In this document: piece after piece, positions 1 to 13,950 of the stretch
How positions within the stretch are numbered: the stretch's first letter is position 1
Layout of the letters: every line of letters starts with the position of its first letter
From: Raillietiella orientalis
Taxonomy: Eukaryota
Assembly: GCA_036172245.1 (NCBI GenBank)
Contig: JAYWIR010000004.1
Span: 1,426,001-1,490,000, forward strand
Reading direction: 5' to 3'
Length of the DNA stretch: 64,000 nt
Program-made: the position numbers and the translations under genes
The notes under the pieces: model-generated
Databases searched by the model: none
What the model saw: only the letters and a program-made list of their open reading frames with translations
What the model was told of the DNA's origin: nothing

Positions 1-10
1 CTGAAGTTTC

Positions 11-1310
11 CTACCTGAGTTTCGTGACCCTGTGCCACAGAAAGAAGGAGACTTTCCGTTCAGAATCGAAAGCAGAAGAAACAGTCGGTTTGGAACAATC
101 TGATAACCTCAGTATGAGTGAAGCTCTAGCTTTCACAGCACAGCACTTTGCTCCGGAGACCTCATAGGCACTCTTGAACGTGAAGTCGACCTCCCATCCA
201 GAAGTCTTCCTTTGCGGGATCATCTGACGAACGAGAAGCAAGATTGGAATCTCACAGAACACAAAATTCTGTTTCTGTATGATTGATGGAATGCTGGCTG
301 AGGCTGCTAGCGTGAAAGACACGGTGGTTAAGATGGCTGAGCTTATTCCCCCTTTAGCCAGTTTGTTCTTGCCTTTTTTCTCTGCCTCCTGATTCAAGAA
401 CCCAGGCAAAAAAAAAAAATTGCCCGACCAGTGAGTTTCACATAGAGGCTAAGGAGGCTCTGGATCCCTGAGTGATCAACGGGAACGAAACAGCAGACCC
501 TGGGGGCACATCAGGTTCCTAAATTTCCAAGTTCTCGGATTTTGTCGTCCCAGGAGCGTTTCGTTGAAAACGAACAGAATTTCGAGACCCATCACACTCT
601 GCTCTGTCGAACACCTAGAGGAAAGGCACCGGGTCCTTGGGTTTCAAGACTCTTGAGCTGATGTGCCCTCGTTTACCATAGTACCACTTCGTCCCGTCTT
701 CGTATGGGTAAGGAATCTGTTCGTTTCCTACATCTACAAGGCATCACGTGAGCAACGTGACGAACGCATCGGTGCGACGTATTTTCCTCACGAGCTAAAG
801 CGAATTGTCGCCACTCGAAGATTTTTTTTCCTGTGCTCCCACGGAACGAAACCTGGTCGACGAATCCCCACCTCCTCAGCTTCATTCCCAGAACTATGCC
901 CAGACCATTTCATGCTTGCTGTTGAAGAAGAAGCGATGCAGCTTGCCTTAGGAAGAAAATCTTGAGAACGAATTCAGATGCTGTGGGATTTTGCGAGACG
1001 TGCACGCAGAAACAGGAAGAAATTTCAAACCGACCTGCAATCTGTTACCATTTTGTTGACATAAAAAAAAAAAGATAAAATGGCTCGCATCTGTTGTTTG
1101 TATTCTGAGACATCCGAGAGCGAAGGAGATGCGTTCAAAGAGTTCCGGTAGCACGCGGCAACGGAATTTCGCTCGCCGCCAAATGAAATGGAGACGGGGG
1201 GGGGGGGACTGCAAGCAAGGAGAACCAACGCAGTTGACACTTAAACAGTCCGTCTCTGAACTGGCGCGCTTTCCCTCCCCCCTCTCTGCCGCGTTTACAA
1301 AGGAGGACAC
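11..1310 (-). mobile_element. Decayed DIRS-like retrotransposon fragment (RNase H to tyrosine recombinase) in the FAM20C intron
   Basis: Collinear degenerate motifs: IQTTDAS...QHLNS (RNase H TDAS/HIN), VRHVAHVMPCRCRKRTDSL (ARHIPG..N..AD.LSR-like), KTSGWEVDFTFKSAY (YR C-terminal GW....F..FY-like). Motif recognition by eye only. Confidence 0.45.
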
Positions 1311-2072
1311 GTGCTAGTGCCATCCGGAGCTCTCACGCTGATAAGCGATTGGGTTCCAGCAAACGAGCTGCACGAGTTGAGCAAGTTTCCGGATCATTTC
1401 ACCAAATCCGTCATTTGACATTTCAAGTCACGAAGATTCGCATCCATCCGCGAGCCTTCCACCTGCAATCCAGCATTGGCAATAGGGCCAGCGAACGCAG
1501 CGTCTGCAGCAAATCTGCGAGGGAACGGATCATGTTTCGTTTCCCTTCCCCTCTTTTCTGGAACATTAAGTACTAAAGGAAGGTGATTAAACCCAGCCGT
1601 CGCTCCTGTTGTTCCATCACGGCTGGGAAAATCTGATCAGCCTCCAGCTTCGTAAGAAACACGTGTTGACCCAGGTAAAGAATCTCATAAAGGCAATGTG
1701 GATGACCACGGTATAATTCTTTTCCTGCTTCTTACTCGTGCTTTGCTTTGTGTTTTCCAAAGAAAAGAAAAAAAACCGCTTGGCCGTATGCTTTACCCTT
1801 CTCTTATTTTGTGCTCTGTCGTGCGTCTGAAGACTGACCTAAGCACACAGTAGTCCTCCTCAACAGCCATCATCTCCTCATGACTTAGCCACCCAAACGA
1901 CAAGCCAGGTTCCCCGGATGCGCCAACAAACATGCGCCAACTTCTCTAGTTCTTACTTTTCGTCGTGAGACACTGACGTGCTTCCGCCTGTTGTTTGTTT
2001 TGTCTTTAAGCATTCCGTGTGGAGCACCAAGTGACCTCTGCAGCCCGTTTTCTCACGAGACGATTTTTTCAG

Positions 2073-2371
2073 GATTTTGGGATTCCGAAGAAACCCTCCA
2101 ACTGTCGGACGAATGATCAACATCACGAAGGAACTCTATCCCCTTGCCGAGAAATCCTTCCTGGGAACGTTCTTCGTCTCCCCTGCAAACCAGGTTTGCT
2201 TCCACGGACGATGCTCGCAGTACTGCGACACGTCTCACGCGTTCTGCGGAGAGCCCCACAGCATCGAGGGATCTTTGTCGGTGTTTTTGCCGAGAGATCT
2301 GAAGAGGAAATCCATGATCCATCCTTGGAGGAGATCATACCATAAGAGACGCAAAACCAAGTGGGAAACAG
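2073..2371 (+). CDS. FAM20C: FAM20C-like Golgi casein kinase, internal coding exon (5' exons lie outside the window)
   Basis: Acceptor ttttttcag|G at 2072/2073 and donor ACAG|gtgagc at 2371/2372. Encodes [18 protein letters not shown]...[27 protein letters not shown]...[16 protein letters not shown], matching the FAM20C kinase domain. Confidence 0.93.
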
Positions 2372-4874
2372 GTGAGCCGAGCCGAGCTTCCTGTCCAAAC
2401 GAATATTTGAATGATGCATGTGATAAGAGAGCTTCTCTTGCGGTGACCATTCCACTTCTAAGAAAAGAACGTGTTCATCGTTTGGTGTCTCCTGGAAGCA
2501 AAACACAGTGATTTTCTCAGAACACAGTACATGTCACTTTTTGGATTTTCGAATCCATAAGTATGCAGACCTTTTGCATCAGGGCTGCTGCTATTATGGT
2601 AGCTGAAATTCGTTACAAATGTGCGTGCATCTACATACATACGTTTGAAACCCACATATGTGACTACATATTTATGAGCGCAGTGTCCGTATCTTTAAAC
2701 GATTAATACGGGGGGTATGAATCACACAAACATGGGTACCAAGTTCTTTAGTCAAGTGTCGACGTTCTCAGTTCAAATATTTACTTAACTGGTATATATC
2801 ATATTCTTTGTATTGCTGAAGGAGTAAGTAAATGCAACAAAAATTTTACGGATTATTTCCTCAGAACGAAAGTTATTTTGAAATACAGGCAGCTGGTATG
2901 TACAGAGCAGTATATTCTTCAAGATGTGTAAACAGAACAGGAGGAATACAACCAAATGTAAAAACTGCGCCCCTCAAAGCATAGAAAAGGCAGAAAAGAA
3001 AAAAAAATGCAGAAACAACCACATTCGTTGCTTTCACACGGAAGAGTTTTGCTTCCTTTTTTATTGAATTCAATGAATTGCTTTTCATTGATGGTGCCTG
3101 ACCACATTATTTCTTCTAATATTTCAAAACGTGAGTTGAAAATTTCACCATTTATCTTCTTTATTAGATAGTAGCTGTTCTAACTTGGTTTTCAGGTATT
3201 TCATCTACTGCCTTTGCCGTTTTCGTTGGTATAACTTGGTCAATTAGAGTTCCTTCATTAACTTGAGATGCATTCGCATTTAAGGAAGATATTGATAGAC
3301 GGATACACTTGGGCTAGAAATTCGAGACAATTTTCTCTAGAGCTTTCATCTGGAGCTTTTTCTCATTTAGTTTGCTGAACTTCTCCGTTCAGGAAGATGT
3401 TTCTTTGTTCTCAAGGACAGTGTGGCTACTCTTAAGTAGGGTCCTCGAGAACCGGAAATGGGATGGCACCTCTGCGAGTCGCACTTTGTGGATGGGACAG
3501 TCACTAGCAATCCCAGTAAACGAACTCCTGAAAGTGCTCTTACTGCCTCTCGGCAAATTGTGATTCGAGAACCTACCATATAAATCCCGTTTTTAGGAAA
3601 AGATCTGAGAACACGCTTGACCCTTGATTGTTTGGATACCAAATTCTGCATGCTGCTTTTGCAGCGGGGAAAACCGAAGACATTTGGAGCACACGGCTAC
3701 AAATTTTAAATTATTGGCGGGACGGCGTGTTTTGTTGGTTGAGGGGAAAACTTGTACAACAGAATTGAAAAAAAAAAAAGAAAAAAGAAACACATCACTG
3801 TGTTCACTCACATGTGAGGATTATGTCAATTCATGCTCTTCCACGTAAGTGCACTCTGAAGCTGTGCCAGACAGGATTTCAGCAAACGTGATGCAAGAAG
3901 GGGCTTGACGTTCATTGTGGTGGTGCAAGTGCCGGTTGCTTGCTTTCGGGAACATCTTCGGACTGCAGAACTTCTTCGGCCTCGGAACCAACTTCAAACA
4001 TCTGCAGCACCGGAAACATGGGGTTTTACCAATTATGCGATATTGAAAATAAAAGTGTCATCCCATCTTGAGAAGTGAAGACACACACGTAACGCACTCT
4101 CCTACGTGAATTGAGCACATGTATTTCTGCAATCAAGCCAGTCATTTTGCCTTTATCGAGTATGAAAGATCATACGGTTTTGAAATTAAATAATTCATTG
4201 AACAGCTCCGCTTCAACACTATAGCACCGGAGGATGACCTTTATATCACAACATCGAAGTACACGAGTTAACCAACATCCTTGCGGTCTCCTTGGACTGA
4301 ATCCTGAATTTCGATGTGCTCATATATATTTTTTTAAAAGAAAAAAAAAAAAAATTCTAATAGTATTAAAGACAGCCATGGTATGACATTACTTTGATCT
4401 GATTTTTTTGCATCTACAGAGGATTTTTGTGTTAGTAGATTTTTGTTTTGGTGTTCAGTGTCGCATTTTCAAGACTAGTTTATTCTCGATAACCACATGA
4501 AGAAAACACAGATTCCTGTTTCCAGATCTGGTGTAATTTAGTATTTAATGGAGTTTCTGTAGTCAGTATCATATCGGACATCATTTTTAGCCTATATAAA
4601 CGAGCTGCTTAAACTTTATTGAACATTAAAGCATTGAAAATGATGACAGAATGATAAGCGCTAATTGAGTTTCCTTCCTACCGAATAGAAATCCAAAATA
4701 CGAACAAATTCCATAATGAGAATTGTCTGCAGGAAACCCTTGTGAACCATGCAACACATTCAACGGTTTAATGGTTCCTTAAGAATACTTTTAAAAAAGA
4801 GAAAGTGAGGTTGAGTCAAAAAAACGTTGAAAACATGATAAATTACGATCTAAGCTTAACATTTCGCATTTCAG

Positions 4875-5148
4875 ATGAAAATTATTGTATGATGATCCAC
4901 AAAATACCACCGTACAATCAAGGGAGAAGAATGATGGACTTGATTGACATGTCAATTTTTGATTTTTTAATGGGAAACGCAGACCGTCACCACTATGAAG
5001 TCATCCGTGCACTCAAGGAAAATAGCTATCTTATACATTTAGACAATGGCAGAGCGTTTGGAAAACCCTTCGAAGATGATCCAGCAATTCTAGCACCTCT
5101 TATTCAATGTTGCATCATAAGAAGCTCAACTCTGTTGCAGTTGCTAAG
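4875..5148 (+). CDS. FAM20C: FAM20C-like kinase, catalytic exon
   Basis: Acceptor catttcag|AT is phase-compatible with the previous exon; donor CTAAG|gtatag. Contains DLIDMSIFDFLMGNADRHHYE (catalytic DRHHYE), HLDNGRAFG (DFG-equivalent) and LAPLIQCCIIR. Confidence 0.95.
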
Positions 5149-6498
5149 GTATAGCACAAACTCTATTCCTTCTTTCAACTGCAATTCAAATGTATTCCCA
5201 TAAGGATTTCTCTTCCCAAAGTAGCATCAGTAATCCTTAAGATCATCAATGCTACGTTGTGCTGTTGCATTGTTCCTTATTTCCCATTACCATGGAAAAG
5301 TATTACTTTAATGAGAGATACACACAACTGGCTTTTGGATGAAAAGGAAATCTGCTGAATGACCAAAAAACACTGCCACACTACATTTACAACAGTTGGA
5401 AACGAAACGGCATGAAAGCATCCAACTTTGAAAAAAAAAAAAAAGGTTTAAAAGCTTTTGCGTTTTCGGTAGTCAAAATACATATTCCAAGCTTACACGC
5501 TACTTTGCTACAAAATTCGTACGCACACGTACAAGTCGGTTTGTTTTTCCACATTCTTCACACTGTATCTCCTCCGCAACTGGAAACAACTAAAAACAAT
5601 TGAGATTAATATGGAACTTGCGCAAAACTTTTCAAGAAGAAATTTCAATTAATTAAAAGGGAAATCTTATCTCTGATCGTGAATGTTCCGTAAACAAACT
5701 CCTGCATTCACAAAATGCTCGTTTTTATTTAAGGGAACGAGAACGCCTTCTTTGGTTATACTATTATTCATATACAAGTTTTAATTTTTTTTGGTTCTTC
5801 AAAAATGAACGTCCCATATATTCTAAGTAAATTCTGAAAACACCACTTAACATTTTAACGGCATTTGCACCAGCATCCCACTTGAAGTTTGAAGTTACAT
5901 TTCACAATGACTGGTTTATATGTAAAAACATAAACTATTAGCCTTCATCATTCCAATGATTTTCCTATTGAAGAATTATGAACACCTCAGTTTGCTTTAA
6001 ACACCCAAGTAATCAGTTTTCGCAACTTATTGCTTCATTTCAATGATCGTTTCTGATATTTGATACCTTAGTCATCATTTGATCACTACTGTTTCCTTGG
6101 AGATCCATATTTCATCCACAAGACCCCAAGTGTGGGGGGTGCTCATTGACAAACAGGCAGAAACATCTGCAGAAATACGGTGTACACTTTCCCACTCCCT
6201 ATCTCCTGTTTTTTTTACGTAATCACCTTAGTCAAGAACTCTCCCAATGTCACAATTAACATGAAAAGACTCTGCACATCCCATTCCATATAGTTTATAA
6301 AATTAAAGCTGCAACCGTGTCTACACGCCATACCAAAAGAGCTTAAGAATGCTTACTTTCAGGTAGCATACTTACTCAATGAGTACTTTTTATTTGTAAT
6401 ATAAAAATTTCATGAATCTTAATTTTGTTGTCAGGAAGTTGACTTTATATGTGCACCTTTGACAATTGCAACAACATTAATGACAATATTTCATTTAG

Positions 6499-6685
6499 GC
6501 TGCACAATGGACCTGACCATCTAAGTAACCAAATGCGACAATCAATGGAAAAAGACCCCATTTCTCCCATTCTATGGGAACCTCATTTATGTGCACTTGA
6601 CAGGAGAGTAAAGAAGACTCTGCAGGTGATCCGTGAGTGTTTAAGAAAAAAGGCCACTGAGGAAGTGTTATATCAAGATCAATAA
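6499..6685 (+). CDS. FAM20C: FAM20C-like kinase, terminal coding exon
   Basis: Acceptor tcatttag|G, phase-compatible. Encodes [47 protein letters not shown], the FAM20C C-terminus; TAA at 6683-6685. Confidence 0.93.
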
Positions 6686-6771
6686 TATAGCACAAATACT
6701 AATAGTGCATGTGTGCAATCAAAAGTCATATATTGCATGAGCATATAACTGATCTCACATTTGCTAACTAA

Positions 6772-9290
6772 TCACACTCTCAGATCAGAGGTATTCAGCA
6801 AATTACCGTGGTATTTATGTAAAACAGGTTCCACCTCTTCCTCTAAAAATTCTTGCACCTGTTCAGGTGCTCTTCCAATAAAAGAAGATGGTTCGAGTAA
6901 AGAATCCAATTGTGCATGAATTGGTGCAAAATATTCTGATTTGCGAATACGATCTATAAGATCATTATCTTTTCCCTGCTGCTTCACTTCTTCTGCTGCC
7001 TGCTGGGATAACACACGGAGCTTTTCATGGCATTCCTGTCGATTACATCCTGCTTTCACCATGGCTAACATAATATTCTCTGTAGCCATAAAGGGAAGTT
7101 CTTCTTTCAAATGGCGTGCAATAACTTTTGGATACACAACCAGTCCTTCAGCAACATTCTGAAATGTCCCTAGCAAAGAATCTGCGAGAAGAAAACTTTC
7201 TGCTATGTATATCCTCCTATATAAGGCAAATGATTATTGCATGTAAATTCTAAGCTGGCCTACCTGCTGGCACTGTCATCTAGAGTTCTTTCTAACCACT
7301 GAGTTGCTTCTGTATGCAATGGAGTCATGGACAAAGACATTAGGAGGCGAGATAAAGAGCAACAACGTTCACTGCGAATTGGATTGCGTTTATAGGGCAT
7401 TGCACTTGAGCCTACTTGAAACTCTTCAAATGGTTCTTCTACTTCTTTTCTACTAGCCAAAAGGCGCAGATCAGTGCAAATCTACGAAAAACAGCATTAA
7501 AAATGAAATGCAGCTAATGAATCACCTTATGAATGGTGGCTCCTAATTCTGCTAAAGTTATTAATATTTGCACATCAACTTTTCTGCTGTAAGTTTGACC
7601 ACAAATCTTGTAGGAATTTTTGAAGCCAGCCTTCTCAGCAACCAGTTGGTCCAACTGCTTGACTTTCTCATGATTCCCTACAGAAATTCCAATATAACTC
7701 CAAAAACAGAATTCCAAAATTACCCTCAAACATCTGCAAAAATGATGCTTGAGTTCCTGTAGTGCCTTTGATTCCCCTGAATCTGAGTTCACCATGTACT
7801 CTTTGTAGATTCCCTTCATCCATCAGAAGGTCGTTAATCCACAAGCAAGCTCTCTTGCCCAGGGTAGTAGGTTGTGCAGGTCTGATTATAAAACACTACA
7901 AGTACTCAATGCATACACACTCACTGCAGGTGAGTAAAAGCAAGAGTTGGCAAAGAGCGGAACATATCTGCAAAAGATGCCAGACGATGTATACATCGAG
8001 CAAGCTAAAAAAAACAATGTGCTAATAACTGGTATTCAGCAGTCTCTAGAAACTTACTTTTGGTTGGAGAAGAAGTAAACCATCTTTCATTATTATGAGA
8101 TCCTTAAAACATTACCAAAACTTTGTATAAACATAAATGCTTAATAACTTAGTTTTATAAACTTACCAACATTAGTAATAAATATTGAACAAATAGTAGT
8201 GTAAACATATAAGAATAACACTTTATCTACATTCAGACTTATAATTAAAAAACTCTCCAATAGAAGAACAAAAAAGAACACGAAATACTCTTTTTCCATT
8301 TACTCTAGATACTTACAAATTCAATCGAAACTCGAATTAAATGACGTATGTTTTTCAACCAGACTTTTTGGTCTTATGTAAAATTATGACTGTTATGTTC
8401 GATCCTCTATGACTAGCTACATCAATATCTAAGTTTTCCAGCCATACCTGCAGTGAGCATTTTTTGCTGGCATTTCAAAATCCTAACAGCAAAGCAGTAA
8501 TAGAGTAATGTCTTGAAATAGTATTATGAAATACTTTTGAAATGGTACAGAACTACAATATTTTTACAAATTGAAATTTACTTCAAAATGCCTTGCAGTT
8601 TATCCGCTAACATCAAAAAATGTGCCAGATTGCAGTCCTAAGAGTTGTGCAAAACATACCAAAGGAAAAAACTTACAGCATTGTCACTTATGTAGCAGGA
8701 TGTTGCTCCCAAATGAATAATAGGTGCTGCTGTCGGGCACACTTTAGAATATGCCACCAAATGAGCAGTGACATCATGCCTAGTTTTTGATTCTTGTTCT
8801 GCAGCTAATTCATAATCGATGTTGGTGATGTTCTTTTCCATTTCAACAATTTGCTCGTCAGTAATTGCCACATTGAGTTCCTAGCAATCAAAAAAACTGG
8901 GATGAGCATGACTGGAAAACAAAAGCTACATATACACATCAGGACATATGCGATTAAAACCAATCAGCTGAACTGCAAGCAAAAATACCAATTATCTACC
9001 AATAACGTGTCTATAGCATTCCTAAAGTACACATAAGCCTGATTTCTTGAATGCTAGAGAATCAAGACATGTTAAAAGAGAAAAAAAAAAAAAAAAAAGG
9101 GCTATCAAAGAATGTTACAAAAAAGGTCTATAATGCCATTAAAAGAAACCTTCTGTGATTGTGCTAAAATGGTCCACAGTCGCCGCCATAAGGAAAATTT
9201 CTTGTATTCACTGAAATTGGCCAACATTTCTTCGGATGCATATCTATATGTCAAAGGAGACCTATACGATAAATGTGACACAGATTCCAT
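6772..9290 (-). CDS. ADSL: Adenylosuccinate lyase, complete 8-exon gene, 480 aa
   Basis: Exons (minus strand): 9290-9150, 8880-8677, 8102-8058, 8004-7925, 7881-7724, 7677-7526, 7481-7264, 7216-6772. All introns are GT-AG and phase-consistent; total CDS 1443 nt. Motifs: [62 protein letters not shown] and the fumarate-lyase signature [11 protein letters not shown]. Confidence 0.97.
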
Positions 9291-9828
9291 TTTCAACTTC
9301 AGCAATTCCTCTGGTCGATCGGCTGCTCTGCACTGCTCAACACGCTACCAGACTTCAAATACCGGCCATGCAGGAGAGCATGCTGACGCTACACGTTCAT
9401 TCCCAAATTCCAGTGCTTTCATTGATCGCACCTTTTCCAACTTTTAGATCCCTCAGGATAATTATCAACAGATCTGAGTTCCATGAAGATTATCCCCTGC
9501 ATTATACATCTAATGAATTATAGACGACTACCATAATGAGCATGTACGTGAACGTGGGTTTCATTGGAAATTTTGAATGAATTTGAGCATGAATTGGACA
9601 AAAACTAAACTTTAGTACAAATGCTTAGTATATAAATTACATAAATTTAAGAATATAATGCTTGCTACATAGCTTTCATTCACTAGTATTTTTTATACGA
9701 GAGTTTTTTTTTTATAAATGAGTAAAACGAATGTTAGCACTATAGGTTGATTCACAATAAAATTTGCATATGTATTCTACTTCTGTAAGAAATTCCATTC
9801 CTGGAATAACAATCATGAAAGTGAATAT

Positions 9829-12800
9829 TTAGTAATAATTAAGATGACAACTGATACCATCTCCAATATCGTCGATATCTTGGAACAATTCCATCAGTTT
9901 CCTTCCTCGTACAGAAACTTGCTCTGTTTTAATTTCAGGAGTTGCATCCAAGTTGTAGATTATTCTCATGAAACTATCTGAAAAGAAATATTGCACGTGC
10001 AAAATTGCATTTAACATTCGACTATGATACAAAGTCATGAAATATTTGACGAGATTTGAACGGATATTACTAAATTAACTGCTCCATAAGCAGATTCCAA
10101 ATAACATTTGTCAAAGTGAACCGACTATGAGCTGAATCTCAGAATGTTTGTGTGAGAACATGTATGCTAATTTCCTGTTAAAATCAGACAATTCCAGGCT
10201 GTTAGAAAGAAAATTACAAAATATGAAAATTTCAACACATTGGGATACAAGTTGTTATACATTCAAGAAATCTTGTGAATATCCCGCTATAACATCTAGA
10301 ATAGTTGTTTCTTCTCATAATGCAAGTATTTCTTGAAAGTATATAATTGGGATTAAGCTGTGATTGTTATCTTTAATTGTGATTGTTATCTTAGTAACAA
10401 TCACAATTAAATCACAGTAAATTAATCTTATCTTAGTAAGAGCGCTAATGGCTCATCAGTCTTAAATTCAGTTGCTGGAATTCTGCTTAATTTTCTAGAG
10501 AAATACAAACTCGGTAAAAAAGGAAAGAATGAAATAATAATTTCTAGAATAAATTTAACATAAGTTTATTGGAACACTTTTAAAAATATTATTACGTTTG
10601 ACATATTGTCATAAGACTTGAAGTCTTTTATAAATTGTGCATTATTGATAGCATGAAATTATTTAGATATTTTATTATACGGAAGATTACTGTTTTTGCA
10701 AAAAACTGATTTTATGTTTTCATAAAACATAGGTCTCAGAAATTGGAAAAAATCGTACTCTTTGTATTTTTCTTCAAGGTAGAAATTAAAGAAACAACCT
10801 ATGTGAGAGTCTCGCTATTTTAAGCTCCGACTCTATCGCAGGGACCTTTCCGTTTAGAGATTCGTTGCTTAAGATCCGAAAAACTGAAAATTTAGTATAC
10901 TTTCTTTTTGCTTGAGGATCCCTGAAATTTTGTTTTTATTCTAGTCTCAATAACTAGAAAGGAAAGCTAAAGATACAAATGAATTTTCATTCAAAGTAAC
11001 GTATATGGAATACTTCTATCATTCTTGCGACCTCGTAGCTATAAAGCTTGCAAACTTTTCATCATTACACATCTTCAAAATTAGTTTGTTTTTATCCAAT
11101 AGCACGTGAGCACTCTTGAACTTTGGGTCTGAAAATGGCATGTTTTTATTTGTGGTAAAAGCCAATAGCTGTAAACTCAAGATTTCTGTTGATTCATTCA
11201 TCCTTTTCTTAGCTCAGAAGTCAGCAGATATTTAGTGCAGGTAGAACTATAATCATTCTCCTCTCCATATTCTTTTATTCTCTCTCATTCCATCCTTTCA
11301 GCGTTTCTGCTCTTGAAATATCGAACACACACAATAGGTAATTACGTTTTCATCTGGAGTATATAATGCACTTAGTGTTAAAACAGCAGTTCATTGTCTG
11401 CTGCTGATTGCTTTATTTCGTCTCGAAAATGCAATATGAAGTTTATACTCTCAAACAGCAAAACTGAGCTTCCATGATTCTCTTATATGCTCCAATACAT
11501 ATAATTCTACTTATATAAGTATGCTTATATGTAGTGCATTTGAGAGGAATCATGAAATCTGAGAGTTGTCATTGTGGAACACGGAAAAAGTTTTCCAACT
11601 ACGATTGAAGGGATGTCGAGCTCGCCCTTAGGAACGCACTTTCGGGAAATGCAGCCATTTTGAGCTCTGTTTTGCTTAGAGTATGAAACATTTACGAGTA
11701 GAAATTTGAGATAGCATTCATTAGATGTGTTCAATCTACAGCATTCATGGTTTTTTTTTGTACATGAATTTTTAATCATTTATGAAAAAAGAGCTGTTTC
11801 TGAGGCTATGCTTTGCAGCACAGTAGGATCTCTTTCTAGTAGCTTGCAGCTAAGATTAGTATACAAATACTCAGGAAATTCATTGGTCATTATCAATAAT
11901 ATATTTATCATCTGGAAGATCTTTTAAAGTCATCCCTCACAACTCCTTCGTGCTTTTGAAAAAGTTACCTCTTCAATTAGCACTAATTATATTAATAATT
12001 TCATAATTGCGAACTGAATCCAGCTTTGTTCAGTCAATACGAAGTGTACACAACATTCTGATGCGTTATTGAATCAGCTCAAAATCAGGTTTCTCACTTT
12101 GATCTTCGCAAAATTGTAACATTACGACTTCATGGATTTTTCTTTCGCCTCATAAATATTCCTTTGTCTCGTGTCACTCTGTAATAGAACTCTGAGCTAA
12201 ACATTTGGTAACATCCGATGGATGCTGTTTCACATTTCGGCGCTTCCCTCTCATTCGAGCTCCATCAAGTGATTCACTTATAAGGTATTAGAAAAAAGGT
12301 CTACTCAACATCAGGATGCTTTAATCGATAAATTCCACTCAACTCCAATTACCTATGGATGTTTTATTCGATATAACGAACATCAAGGAATTGGGATGGC
12401 AGAAGTTCAATTTTTCATCTTGTCTGTATGCACCATTTACAGCACCGTCTGGAGCATTTCTCTGATCGCTGTTTGCACCGCGTATCTATGCAATTAACTC
12501 TATCTTTTTTAAAGTTTATTTAAAGCTGTGTTTGTTCTCTACATATGAGAAATGCAAAAATGCTGATCTTCTAGATAGAAACATAATAGAAAAGCTTTCG
12601 GAAATGAATTTAAACACATGGCGACATTTTGAAGTTTCGCGTTTGAATTTTTTTTCAAGCCAGTGGACAATTGATAAATATGGAAGCTCAACTCTGAGAA
12701 GACTTTGGGATCAGCACCAAAGTTAAGAGATAAGTGATCCTGTACAACACGTAGCTCTGATTCGCTGATCTCATGGGTATTCTTTCCTATATGCAAGATA

Positions 12801-13950
12801 ACATAAAAAATGTAATGTTCCAAAATTCACTTAACTTCTTCAAAGACTTCTTTGAAGAGGTTAAGTGAGGCTGTTGAGAGAAGCTCCAACTTTGAGTGTT
12901 GGCCACCAAGATGATACTTACTACACAGTACTCTTAGCATGTAGCGTAGGTGAATATTTTTAATGCTTTAACTTTTATGCTTTTGAATGTCCAAATTTTC
13001 ATTTTTTCGCCCTTATCATGTGTTAAGATATGCTATTTAAATAAATCATCGAAAATGCATTCAAGCCAATACTGTTTGTTGGGTTGTCTTTGTGAAGTAT
13101 TTGGCTTTTTATAATGATCCCAGTCAAATTACAACATTGTTCACATATGATATTAAGTCATCCTATGCCTGAGGAAGATACACAAAGGGTATCGGCTGCA
13201 TTTGAAAAAAAAATTCCGTATGAAAAGGTGTACATTTCTAATTTTCGGAATCTGTTTTAAGAGTACAATTTGGAATTCAACACTAATTGATTTCTTCTGC
13301 TGTGCTGTTTCTTGTCCATCATCAAGCAGCAGTACTGTGGAAACGTGCATTTGAAAGTTAATTCTTTTTTCAATCTTTGAGACTTGTGGGACAAGTCATA
13401 CATCGGTCATGGAACATAAGCTGTTTTATGTCGCAATAATTTTCCTCAAATTATTAGAGGATATGTTCTCAAACATCCACCTCTATTGTATTTTTGCTTT
13501 TGTTGGTTTCTACTATTAACCAAATCTATTTCACATTCCAGTCAACAACCTATACTGTTTACTTTGCGTTTCGCCGAAATGACTTTACAGAACTGCAAGA
13601 AAATGCTCTAAAAAATATACCGAATTTCTCAAATTATACGGAACAATAATATAGTACTTTTATGTGGGAGTTGTTTCCTCCTGATTTCTTATATTTGGAA
13701 ATTTGTCTTTTTGAAAATTGAGGCATGTTTTAAAAATCGTGTTTCTGCATTACGTGAAAAGAGGCATTACTAACCTTAAAGATCTTATGGTTAACATTCA
13801 AATCAAGAAATTGCTTTGGTTGGCATTTCTATTTGCTCTAAATGTAGATAAAGGAAGCTTTATCTACATTTCGGATGTAAACAACTATTGCCAGATTTCA
13901 CGTATGTCTATGAATAATTGTGATTCAAAGTGGCAAGAGCAAATAATCTG
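9829..13950 (-). pseudogene. Possible decayed protein-coding sequence of unknown family
   Basis: Chain of protein-like minus-strand fragments broken by stops and frameshifts (13153-13350 with VLLLDD, 12539-12823, 11019-11201), ending in a terminal-exon-like segment tttcag|ATAGT...DIDDIGDGISCHLNYY* at 9829. I could not build a consistent spliced ORF. Confidence 0.25.
10372..10411. repeat. Perfect 17-bp inverted repeat with 6-nt spacer
   Basis: TTTAATTGTGATTGTTA-tcttag-TAACAATCACAATTAAA. Confidence 0.9.

Noticed and set aside
3370..4030. Possible plus-strand YR remnant in the FAM20C intron
   Set aside because: Only a faint motif resemblance (LDTKFCMLLLQRGK).
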